The translations under genes and the position numbers were made by a program. From Chrysomallon squamiferum (taxonomy: Eukaryota > Animalia > Mollusca): a DNA stretch of 64,000 nucleotides. How positions within the stretch are numbered: position 1 is the stretch's first letter; every line of letters begins with the position of its first letter. Below, piece after piece: positions 11,346 through 23,000 of this stretch. The stretch is taken from the NCBI GenBank assembly GCA_012295275.1, contig CM022669.1, positions 1,674,001 through 1,738,000 on the forward strand, read 5' to 3'. The notes beneath the pieces were generated by a model that saw nothing but the letters and a program-made list of their open reading frames with translations, had not been told where the DNA came from and did not search any database.

Positions 11346-14300
11346 TTTGTTTTCTACTCTGATAACTGAAATGAACTTTTATTAAATTTAAAATATTTTA
11401 TCTGATCAATAAAATTTTAATTTGTTAAATTATGTAGCAAACTGTAAAAGTTAATTATTAAGGTTTATTAACATGCCAACCAGGTACAGGATAGTGTAAA
11501 ATCAATTCAAATGTTGCTATTATTCATGCAGAAATCTACTGGAATCACACAGCAAAACAAGAAATCATCTCTAAAAACATATGAGTGAAACTGTGGCACA
11601 TGCCTTATCATGCTTCCAATGCTAATGTCACTTACATGCAAACATGTACTTATTTCACAGATCATAATAAATATTATCACAACCCAAAACTAAATAAAAA
11701 ATCATAAATTTGTTTTCATCTCTCAAAACTGAACTTAACTATTAACAGAAAAACTAGCTTAATTTGTCAAATAAAGTGAAACAAAAAGTTCTGAAACAGG
11801 TAACAAAATGAAGTTTCTAAATAGTAGTAATTTAAAATGTTTTGCCTGCAAATATTTTTTCCATGTTGGACAAGTACATAATCCAACCATGAAGAAAGAA
11901 AAAAAATAAAAATAAAGAGAAAATACATCTTTAAACAATACTTTATTTTATTGCTGTTTTCAAAACTATAGTTTTTTCATTTTTTCTTTTGACTTTTCTT
12001 TTATTATTATTCTTAATCCTTAGAAGAACTGCTAATAAATTCTGCAACACAAAGCAAATCAGTTTTATTTACAAAATCTCATTTAAAAACTAATATCAGG
12101 CAATATTAAGTATTGAATTTAGTTCAAGAATATTGATGAAGAATATTGTAATATCCAGTTATAAAATACAAACTATTTGAATGTCTAAAACAGTACATAT
12201 CTTTTGTCTTTCATCTTTCTTGCTTATATTCTTTCTTTCCCTCTTTCTCTATTCCAGCCTTTTTATCTTTTTCATTTTTTCTCTATTTCTACTCACTTTG
12301 TCAAATATACACAAACACATAATCACAGACATACTTGTACTGCTTTTTAATAATAATTTTATTATTTTATAAACATACTAAAATGTTGCTAAGCAATCTA
12401 ATTCACTTATTCTTTCACTGTTGCATAAATGATACAATGGTATATCCACACACATTTACATATGTGAACAAACACATACACAATTACGCCGAAAGGAACA
12501 AGAAATAGACATCAAAAGAATTAAACAATATGCAATGAGATAATGAATGAAAGAATAAAGATAAAATAACAGATGGCCTCATTACCAAAAAACCCTCCAT
12601 AGAAATGAATCAACCAGTCAGGTTACAATGAGATTTAACAAGTGCATGTGTGTGTGTGTGAGTTCATCTCTACTCAAATATACTTGGATCTATTATTATT
12701 TTTATGTATTTTTTTATTTTGTTGGAACAAAACAATTCATCATCATGAATGCTATTATTATTAAGTATTACAATCAATATTAATGACTAGTAATTTATTT
12801 TAATTAAAATGAATGAAAATCAAAAATAATTTTTTAAAAGTGGAAATTAAGAAAGAAATGGAAATAAATGTTGAATGATTTAAAATAATTTCATGCAGTC
12901 AAAATTAATGAACAATCAATCTTTGAATCAGTTAAAAAAGTAGAGAAATAAGAAAGAAAGAAATAATCACTTTTCAAACTTATTATTTCAGTGCAGCCAT
13001 GCAGTTTGATTCTGACTATAACAAATTCTTGATGTCAAAACTATAACCTATGTATTCTAAATTCTTAATAATCATATTAACATTTTTAATTTGATTAACA
13101 CAGCTAACTGATTTGATAATTGTTAAGGCGGTAACTTTTTTATTTAAATAAATATTTTATTTTTAATATTTAAATGCAAATGGCATCAAGGGTAAGACAG
13201 TTATTTTACTCACTGATTATTAATGATAAATGTGTATGTCTGACAGAAAAGTCAAAAAAATAATAAAATAATGATAATAATAACAATAACAATAACAATG
13301 ACAATAACAAAAGTAAAAATTATTAATAACTAAACTAACAAGGATATTATAAAAACAATTTTAAAATAAATAATAAATAAAGATAAAACTCAAAAGAAAA
13401 TAATTATAAACAATTTAATATATAAATAATAAAAAGAAATGAAATGATAATAAAATATACATACTTTAACTATAATAGAGATTATTATCTATTTGAATAA
13501 AACAAATAATTAAGTTATCCTTTCTACTATAAACATATATCATCCATTTCTGTCTTTTCTTAATAAATTACAAACTATGATAAACTAAAATAGAAATTAA
13601 ATAATAAAAAAATATTAACAGCCACCAATCAAATAAACTGAATATATCTACTTAAAACCAAAAACACCTCAAAATAATATCACACGTTAATCTGTTTAAT
13701 AAAGTTATTTATATTTAATTAAATAAATAAATAAATAAATAAATCTACCTAGCCTTTAAAAAAAAAAAAAAATTCTTTAAACATAAAGACAAATTATAAT
13801 TTAACAAAACCAAAAATCAAAATGTGCTGTTTCTATTCTTATTCTTTCTTTCTTTTTTTTCATTTTTTTTTTCAGAAAACTTATTTGACTAAATTGAAAA
13901 ACATACTTGTATATAATTCAACATGCCAAAACTAAAATAAACAAATTTAAAAAAAAGAAATAAGAAAGCTACTCAAACCAAAGATTTTTGAAAGGCATAT
14001 TCTCACAAAATAATTTTAATAAAATCTTCAAATATTTAAATAATCATCAAATATTTAATTTTTATATTTTGAATAACATTTAATGAATAGCTTGTATAAA
14101 ATACATAAAAATGTAGCAATTTACAAATAACAGTATGAAAACTGAAATCTGAAATATGATAACAACATATCATTCAGTGAGAACATGCCTTTGAACTGAA
14201 GCTGGCAAAAAAAAAAAAATAATAATAATAATAATTAATAAATAAATAAAAAGATTAAAAAAAAAAAAAAAAAAAAAAACATAAAATGAAATAAAATAAA

Positions 14301-14452
14301 TAATTAAATTATTTAATTAAAAAAGAAAATTTCAAGATGCATAAAGTGCAGTACTATTGAGTACACTAAATTCATATATAGCTATCTTTTAATCATTTTA
14401 TTTTTAGATTAAACATGATAAACAGGTTCATGTAACTTTGTATGTGTAAAAA

Positions 14453-14586
14453 ATATTATATATAATGTTTCAATTTTTTAAACAAGAAAATCATTTACTA
14501 TTTATATTTAATTTTAAAATTTAAACTCTAATATCAATTTCATTATTCATCTTCTTACTTTCTTCCTATTTTTATAACTGAAATTT
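14453..14586 (+). repeat. 134-bp direct repeat, copy 1
   Basis: Near-identical to 15434-15567 (offset 981), with only a few substitutions. Confidence 0.93.
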
Positions 14587-15062
14587 AGTCTGTATTAATA
14601 ATTAATATATTCATGCAAGCAAATATAGAAAAAGAATGCTACAGAAAACCTATTGATTCTCTATGCATGCATAATATTCAGAAACTACATTTTAAATTAA
14701 ATATTGGCATAACCTATTATATCTTAAGCATTATCTCATATCGCACCTATACCCTTTAAAAGGGTTCATAGACTTTATCACCATAGCAACGTCATTCAGT
14801 CTAAATTAGACTAGGTATTTTAATTACATAAAAGTCTAAATACTGCTTATGAAAAGTGCAAACAAGAAATCTTTTTTTTTTTTTTTTTTTGAATTAATAA
14901 TTTCCTAACAAAATAAAATAAGCTTTCATTATTAATTTCTTTTAATAAAAAATAAAAATAAACATTAAAATAATAATATTTATTTAAAAAATAAAATTGA
15001 AAAAACAATTAATAAAAAAAACAAAAAAACAACAATAGACCATGAAGCCTAAAAATACTTAC

Positions 15063-15364
15063 ATGAACTGGCTCCATTTTCTATTTCTAAAATCCAAGTC
15101 CCATTGGCAAATTCACCCCAGTTGTGTGTTGTCATGAAGGCCCAGTTATTGAATCCCTCCCGGGATGTATCTCTCACTCTTTTCTCAAGTAGGCGAGACC
15201 TTGTGCCCCAGGGTGAGGTTAAAAATATCTGTATTTCTCCTCTTCGGCTAGCAGTCATTGTAATTCTAGCCTGTACATGTTCTAAGTACTTGACACGATT
15301 ACCACTGCCAACACAGCCATCTGTGTACAAGGGAACTGTTATTTTCCCATTCATTGGGATTCTT
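15063..15364 (-). CDS. furin: Furin-like exon, P-domain (most of it)
   Basis: tttcag|...|gtaagt, 302 nt, phase 2-1, ending in T. RIPMNGKITV...YLEHVQARITMTASRRGEIQIFLTSPWGTRSRLL...GFNNWAFMTTHNWGEFANGTWILEIENGASS. Confidence 0.96.
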
Positions 15365-15433
15365 CTGAAATTAAAAATATCAGTCTAGTTACATATTTTC
15401 TGTAAGTGCAAAGGTACATACATATAATTTAAG

Positions 15434-15567
15434 ATATTATATATAATGTTTCAATTTTTTAAACAAGAAAATCATTTATTATTTATATTTAATTTTAAAA
15501 TTTAAACTCTAATATCAATTTCATTATTCAAGTTCTTGCTTTCTTCCTATTTTTATAATTGAAATTT
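15434..15567 (+). repeat. 134-bp direct repeat, copy 2
   Basis: Near-identical to 14453-14586. Confidence 0.93.
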
Positions 15568-16443
15568 TGGTGTATGTTTGTAATTTTAATTTATATATAA
15601 AATTTCTAGAAATGTAGCTGCAAACATGAATTACTTCCCTTTCAATATTTTGAAAACACACTTGTTATTTGCTTTATATTTATATTTCAAAATTCTATAT
15701 TTAATTATAAGTGGAAACTGAACTGAAACCTTTTCATATATCTAATCAACAGTTCTCAATTTGGAAATACTAGAAAATTAATTTATTTTGCATGAGTTTC
15801 CCATTATTAAAAATCAATATACTCATTTATTTTATTCTTTAAATTCATGTAACATATTTAATTTAATCAATGATTTCTTTCAAAGATAGAAAATAAATTA
15901 TTAATAATGCTGCTCAGTTTCAAATGTCATATTTTCTATAATAAAAGCTTCAGGGTATTTGCACTTGTTTTTCTTCTGGGTCAAGTATCTATATGAAAGT
16001 GTATATACATTTATATATGACCAACTTCTGAGATTTAGTGGCATATTATGAGATAGAATTGAGAGGGTATAAAACACATTTATTATAGAATTTTGTTAAC
16101 TTTAAGGAAAGTTATTCCAAATTAAAATTCCCCTACCTGAAAAATCTGCTTTTAAATTTTTTCCAGATATTATGCAGTTTTTATCAAGAAAATGGCAGAA
16201 AGCTACTCAGTCTGAAAGGCTATCACCTCATTTTATTATCTACTTAGAGCTACTTAAAAAAAAACATGTGCCTTTGCCCCACTGGATGGTACCAAATATG
16301 TATGACTGTGTTATTCAATAAAATAAAAAATAGACATTTAGGGAAACATACAAAATATCATTTATCATACAAAACTAATATAAAATAATTATATATATAA
16401 AATATTATTTTATGCAATACACCTGTTTTAAAATTGCTCTTAC

Positions 16444-16561
16444 CTGTTATGGGCACGTGATCGTATTTCACAAATATGTTGTGCAGGAACAGTGGTCCAG
16501 TTCTGGGCCCACTGCACCATTGCAGCAGCATCCATTAGACCAAACCCAAAAGCATGGCTCA
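16444..16561 (-). CDS. furin: Furin-like exon, catalytic/P-domain junction
   Basis: tattag|...|gtaag, 118 nt, phase 1-2. SHAFGFGLMDAAAMVQWAQNWTTVPAQHICEIRSRAHN(R). Confidence 0.96.
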
Positions 16562-17785
16562 CTAATAAATGAAAAATTAATTCAATTTATACATTTGAAT
16601 TACAATAAATAATATTTAAGGTATAAATGCTGCCAACTTAATTGTAATGAAATAATCTAAACACATTTTTATACGTTTGTTACTTGTATCTGAATTCTAA
16701 CTGAAAACACAACACTGCATTTTCATGACTTTGTTGCACCATTGTTAAAGATTATTATAATCTTAAATTCAAGACCATATAAATGATAATTAAAATTGAT
16801 GTCATTATTTAGTCCAGTGTCATGTGAAAAACACATACACACAAACATACAAAAATGCTGTTGCTAAAGGTTTCTTTAATTTAAGTCAATGTTAATTCTC
16901 CAATGTGTTCTTGTGTATGTGTGTGTACATACACAGAGGATTCTGAAAAAACCTGCATTTGACTAATCCTGATTTCCATATGAACTGGCACCATTTCAAA
17001 GCCCCATCCAGCTATCATTAATCTATAATGGACAAACACCATGTCTAATACTGATGCTGTCTACTTTGAGTTTCTGGTGTGATTCCAGAACAAAAAAACA
17101 TTTTATATAATATGATCTTGCAAGTACAATCACTTCTTAAACAATGATGGTAATTTGCATGTTATTAGACCATGCGAGAAGGCTTAATAGATAATGATGC
17201 CATGCAAGATTATTGATATGTAAGTGACAAAAGCAGAAGTCTGCATAAATATGTATGTTGCATGCTTTGCATTGTCTTATGGAATTCATTGTAATGGCAG
17301 AATGACCTAAAAGAAGGCAATATATTGACCTTTCAATGCAACCAAAATTCATAGAAAATTTTTCATGAAATCCACTGGAAAGATTTAGCTATGCAATTCA
17401 GTACACAGTGGCCATTACCGGCAATTGTATAAGCTAAATATTTCAGCAGAGAGAAAACAAGTAACAACCAGCAAATTCAAAAATCTGAATGGATTGATGA
17501 TTCTTAAAACAAGAGAACATTTTTTATTTTGCTGCTATTAGGAAAAGCAAACTTTTGCAACCAATGTTATACAGAGACCATGACAAAATGCAGTCACTAA
17601 TGACATTTCTCAGCTGATACTCAATAAACATTTGTATAAAACACATTCCAATTTCATGTCATTTTAATCTTTATGAACTGCCACTGTCTGTCTGTATCCA
17701 TGCATGTTCATGTGTGTGTGCGTGTTTGTGTGCATGTTTGTATGTGTGTGTGTGTATGTGTCTGTGTATGTGTGTGCGTGTGTAC

Positions 17786-17889
17786 CTTTCTTGTTGACTC
17801 CATTGATGACCCAGTCATCAGAAATTAGATTATGAGGTTTAGCAGTTTCTACTACAAGATGTTGCATGTCTCTCCATGTCAGGTGTGGA
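17786..17889 (-). CDS. furin: Furin-like exon, late catalytic domain
   Basis: ctacag|...|gtaca, 104 nt, phase 2-1. PHLTWRDMQHLVVETAKPHNLISDDWVINGVNKK(V). Confidence 0.96.
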
Positions 17890-18252
17890 CTGTAGATAGA
17901 AAAATGTAATTTTAATTGCACATAAATATATATTTTGAAGTTATTAATATAAAATATTTTAACAAATATTTATATTTCAAAAGAAATAATCAAGAATGAA
18001 ATTTATATTTCAAAATAAATCCTGCAATTTGTATATATTATCTATATTATCTATATCAATATAATCCTTTTTTCATCACTATATTATATCTCAGTCAATC
18101 AAATAACCAATTAACATTTTAAAAACAATATTTTATTTAACTTGAAGGCTACCTGCAACAGGTACAGTGATTTGTATTACTTATTTTTATATTTAAATGT
18201 TCACAGTAATTATCACATGTCTTCCCACCCACATCTACCCATAATGACTTAC

Positions 18253-18353
18253 TTTGCATGAAGTGCAAGTGCAATGAGGCCAGCTGCAAGAGGTGCACTA
18301 GCTGAGGTACCCGTATGTGTTTCAGTACACTGACGTCGAAGATCTGTAGTAAC
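18253..18353 (-). CDS. furin: Furin-like exon with catalytic Ser
   Basis: ttgcag|...|gtaag, 101 nt, phase 0-2. [33 protein letters not shown](N). Confidence 0.97.
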
Positions 18354-18612
18354 CTGCAAACAAAATAACAGGATCAACACCATTATTGCCACCAACACTG
18401 CCACCATTATTATCATTAGTGTCATCAACATTATCACTGTCTTCAACATCACAAAGGAAAAGTATTTCCGAGACAATATTAGTTATATCACAATTACCTT
18501 TTTTCGCTACTGCTATCTTCAAATTTAATTAAAATTTTCTTTTAACTTAAACATCAGTTGTCGTTGGGTTTTTTTTAAAAAGAAGAAAAAATAAATAAAA
18601 AATAAAATTTAC

Positions 18613-18825
18613 AATTTGTTTCTCTCCTCCTGAACCACTACTGTAAGTTGTGGCCAGTGTAGAGGCACATCGTTCTGAATACCAAGGTATATTGCCATTC
18701 TCTGTTGCACTGCTGATGGACAAAGTGTAAATGCTATTGGTGTAACCATCACAGTTACAGTTATCACCATCACGTCCTCCATTGCCGGATGCCCATACAA
18801 AGATAGAACCTAATCCACCACGGCC
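18613..18825 (-). CDS. furin: Furin-like exon with oxyanion-hole Asn
   Basis: tgatag|...|gtaaa, 213 nt. [71 protein letters not shown]. Asn rather than Asp at this site argues against PC2. Confidence 0.97.
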
Positions 18826-19869
18826 CTATCAAATAAAATTTGGAAAATTAAAAATCATTTAAACAAAGAAAAAGAGAACAAAAAACCTGAAAGAGATAGA
18901 TGAAATGAAAGATGGATGGAGTGGGTAGCTACTGAACTAAAACCCATTAGTCATAACTTTCAACTCTGAATCAAAATTGATTCTATACCTAATACAGCAA
19001 TTTCTATGTACACTTGAGCCCTCATAAAATATTAGTTTGACCATTAGAAGAAACCACATTATTACTGCTATAGTCTTACAACATGCAAAAACACAGCATT
19101 TCATTAATGTGAAATGCTAAAGATGCTGCATTATTTTAAATGTGGAATAGTGCTCTATGTGGAAAAATGGAATACGGAAAGAAAATATTGAGTCAAATAC
19201 TGTCTGAATATTTGGCATGTTAAGGCTCTGTTTTTTAATGGCTTATTCCAGTTCTCTTTTGGTTTCACTGAAACTGACAGATGTCTATGGAAGGTGGTTT
19301 TGGGCAATATTTAACATTTAACATCTATCACAAGTATTTTAACGTATCAAGAAAGCTTAATAAATGATTTTACTCAAATATTGTTGGCAATAAACAAATA
19401 TTAAATAATTTCTACAATTCATACAAACCATTCTGCCAGAGGTCAGTTCACCACAATGTAAGGCCACACATAAACTATTCCAACTTGTAGAAGAATGAAA
19501 ACCATAGCCCTGGCTGGAAGTAATTTTAAGATTTTCTTACCCTCTCCATCCAAAATGTTTATTCACCTAATGCTCTTAAAGGTATTATTTTCACGTTTGT
19601 GTTAGGTATTGATGGATATGTGAGATTATTCAAACATCCATCACATATTGTTCATTTGAAAGCTTTTTTCTCTTTTTTTCAGTTATTATTATCAATAGGT
19701 TATGGTTTACGGCTAGACAGCCTATGTAAGTTAGAGGATCCCATGTCTCACTTTATTGCATGTTATTTCAAAAAGTTTTATTTCTAAGTATGGTTCTTTC
19801 TAAACATTATAATATATTGTTAGATAACATATTCTTTGGTTACACAATATATATCTTTTTTCAAAAACA

Positions 19870-19903
<34 letters not shown>

Positions 19904-19953
19904 TAAAAAAATAATAATAATAATAATGCAGGAGTTTGTTGCTGTTGTGATAC

Positions 19954-20126
19954 CTTAGTGATGCCATCATAAAAAGCTTTCCTAGCGAGAGTAGCTGGTC
20001 CATCCACTGTCCGTCCATCATCATCTGGCCCCCAGCTTGCACTGTATATGTGAATGTGTTGAGGATTTAGACTCAGTGACTGAGCCTCTACAGAATCTGT
20101 GACATCACCATCCAGCATTCTGACAC
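19954..20126 (-). CDS. furin: Furin-like exon, substrate-binding region
   Basis: ttacag|...|gtatc, 173 nt, phase 1-0. [57 protein letters not shown]. Confidence 0.96.
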
Positions 20127-20235
20127 CTGTAAACATAATGACTAATTAGTGACATCACCATTTCATCATTCTGATACCTGTAAACACAGTAACTAATTAG
20201 TGACATTACAAACTCTCATTCTGACACCAGAAAAT
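20099..20235. repeat. About 50-bp tandem repeat (2 full plus 1 partial unit) spanning an intron/exon boundary
   Basis: gtgacatcacca...cattctga(c/t)acctgtaaaca...actaatta recurs at 20099, 20149 and 20200. Confidence 0.9.
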
Positions 20236-20493
20236 AATTTCACTGTGAAAATATGGGGGAAATTGCACCCCACATTTATTATTATTACAGTTATAACACT
20301 TATGATATATATATTTTGGGCAACATCATTAGATGTATAGTTTTAAAACATTTCTGATGCAGAACATTATATGATAACTGTTTATTTTTATGTACTTACT
20401 TTTTATTTAATTGTAATATGAGAAAATAATTTGATTATACAAGATATTTTTTAAATGATTTTAATTATCTCTAATACATGTGTGTGTTAATGG

Positions 20494-20538
<45 letters not shown>

Positions 20539-21394
20539 CACATTTTTTTATACAAAGTAAGTTCAAGGGTGCTTTACAGTGCAAACTAATAAAATAAAAT
20601 ACAAAAAGATATGGACATAAAAATATAACATAAATGTAAACATAATGGTGAACATGTTAAAATTGTGGTTAAAATAAATGAGTCAAATTTAAAAATTGTT
20701 TAAAGTAATTAATAGACTAGCTTGAACATTTAAAAACTTGAAAAATAAAACAGAACTATATATTAATAAACAACATCTAATACAATTTTTAACTCCATTT
20801 GATGATTTATATTAAGAAAATTACAATTTTGTATATCTTCATTAATAGTATTTTGCAAATGAATTATTAAATACAGTTTTTAAGTTGTTGTGATTTTAAT
20901 GGAATATCTGCTTTGTTACACCATAAAAGTGAGATAATATATAGTATACCAGGCAACATCCATTACATGTAAAATTGATTAAAATTGAAATCTGAAGGTT
21001 TCATTTCTAAAAGATATATCTCAAGTGTTATAACAATAATATTAAAAATATAGGTTGCCATTTTTTTTTTTTGCCTTTTTATCAGTGTCATTTTTTCCAG
21101 TGCTATTTTTTTCATTCATATCAACTATTGTATGTGTGTGAGGTTTTTTTCCCTAAATATACTGGAATTCTTGAGTTGACAAATATTACCAAAAATATCA
21201 AATAATGTACTGTGATACAATATAAACAGCTACAACTAACACAACACACACTCACAATTTTTACGTTAAACATGTATATGAATATTAAAAAACTTATTGT
21301 AGATTTGATATATATTGCTAAATATATACTGATAGTTATAGAAAATGCAGCACTAATTCAAGCATCATTAAATCAGTGAAATTATTAAGAATAA

Positions 21395-21720
21395 TCAGTC
21401 AGGCATGATCCTCCTTTGGTAACATCCTTTAATTCCATTAACATAGTTATTGTGCACAGGGTATCTAACAGAATTTCTGGTAAAGTGGCACAAAGTGGGA
21501 CCATGGCCATTTAATATGGCTCTACAATGACATGTCATGAAGTAAATAACGTTTCTGATGAACACCTGAGGTATCTGATGCAATACATGGACCACCTATA
21601 CATGCATTTGACTATGTCAAATATGGATTCATCTGTAAAGAGGATCTGTCTGCTGTGGGGTGTTCATCAAAGCTGTGTTTGAGCCCACTGTAATTCATTG
21701 TTGTCAATGCTGTGTCCAGA
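21395..21720 (-). mobile_element. Decayed Tc1-like transposase fragment
   Basis: Minus strand reads RQILFTDESIF (first Asp of the DDE triad), followed by a degenerate KGG...DY C-terminal motif. Confidence 0.6.
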
Positions 21721-22941
21721 ATAGTTGTAGGAAAAAATGGGACTGGAATAAATGGCACCGAGAAGAAATGGCACTGTGCAGATTTGGAAAAAATGGCACC
21801 TTTTTTATTTTTTCTGTATAGTTGCTTTAAAAAAAACTTAAAAGTACTTTTGGAAATCCAGTTTATTCATGCAATATTGTTACATACATGTATATTAAAA
21901 TATAGCATTAAATGTACACTACAAAAACATTTTGTTGCTATATCACACCAGAAAGAGACCAGATAATTGTAATATTAATTATAATAAATCTACAAATAAA
22001 ACTCTGAGATGGGAGGATTCTATCCATACTGGATATTGTGAGCACTGGAAGTAGAGCCTGATATTGTTTTAATTTGTTTTATGAATAAAAAAGAAATTTT
22101 AAGAGGTTCTTTCTTCTTCAATTTTTAACAATTATTTTTATGTTTTTTTTAAAATATGGAGTGGGATTTTGTCCTGTGGGGTTTGCAAAAGTTGTTTTCT
22201 TTCTGAATGAAATGTAAAATAGCACAATTTCGAAACTAATTCTTGGAAAAGTAATTTAATTCAGTATTCTTCCAGAGATAAAATATTTTAATAAACTACA
22301 AATTAAATAAATAAATGAATAAATAAATAAAAAATAAATAAATAAATATTTAAAACTGTTTTTGTTTTCTTTTTTAAATTCCTTCACACATCATTTCAAC
22401 ATCAAAATGAATATTAAAGATATATTTCTCAGTAATCTATGATATGAAGTGTTACTGTAAATGTGTGTGTAAGTGTGTTTTTGTATATGTGCATGTGTAA
22501 CTGTGTGTGTCTCTGTCACAAATGGTTTATTAAATTACTGATTTCTGGATATAAAAGGATAGTCACAGTTTTACTAATTTTATTTTTAACTTAGCATTCT
22601 AACACATTAACAGAATGTATGGTTTAGTCACTTTAAAATGGTCCAGCAATGTGATAAAACAATGAAACTTCAATGACTTTAAACTGTATTTTCATGGTTA
22701 TGGGTTGAATGTTTCAGGCTGATAATTTGACAAAATTTAGACAGTGTATAATCTGGGAACCAAGATGAATAAAATAAAATAAAATTATTCCTAAGTATTC
22801 AGTTTGTTTAAGCAAAGATTTAATAAATGTTTACTCCTTGCCTTGAATGAGTTGTATCTTCTTATTATTAGAGATTTAATAATTGTTTAATTTTCTGTTA
22901 TTCATTTATTATATTCTTATTCTGGGCCATGGCTCAAACAA

Positions 22942-22942
<1 letters not shown>

Positions 22943-22996
<54 letters not shown>

Positions 22997-23000
22997 ACAC
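22943..23000. repeat. (CA)n microsatellite. Similar tracts occur near 6860, 20495, 40690, 44213, 59719 and 63220.
   Basis: Direct reading. Confidence 0.95.

Noticed and set aside
15104-15388. Plus-strand ORFs antisense to exons (also 5065, 7294, 16412, 25336)
   Set aside because: Shadows of minus-strand coding sequence with no recognisable product.
16660-17575. Possible mariner/Tc1 relic sharing aaagcaaactt.tgcaacc.atgtta with about 57625
   Set aside because: Too degraded to translate a convincing transposase motif.
21050-22200. aaatggcac / gtgccatttt-like motif clusters (also near 33100)
   Set aside because: Probably subterminal repeats of a decayed non-autonomous element. Ends and target site could not be defined.
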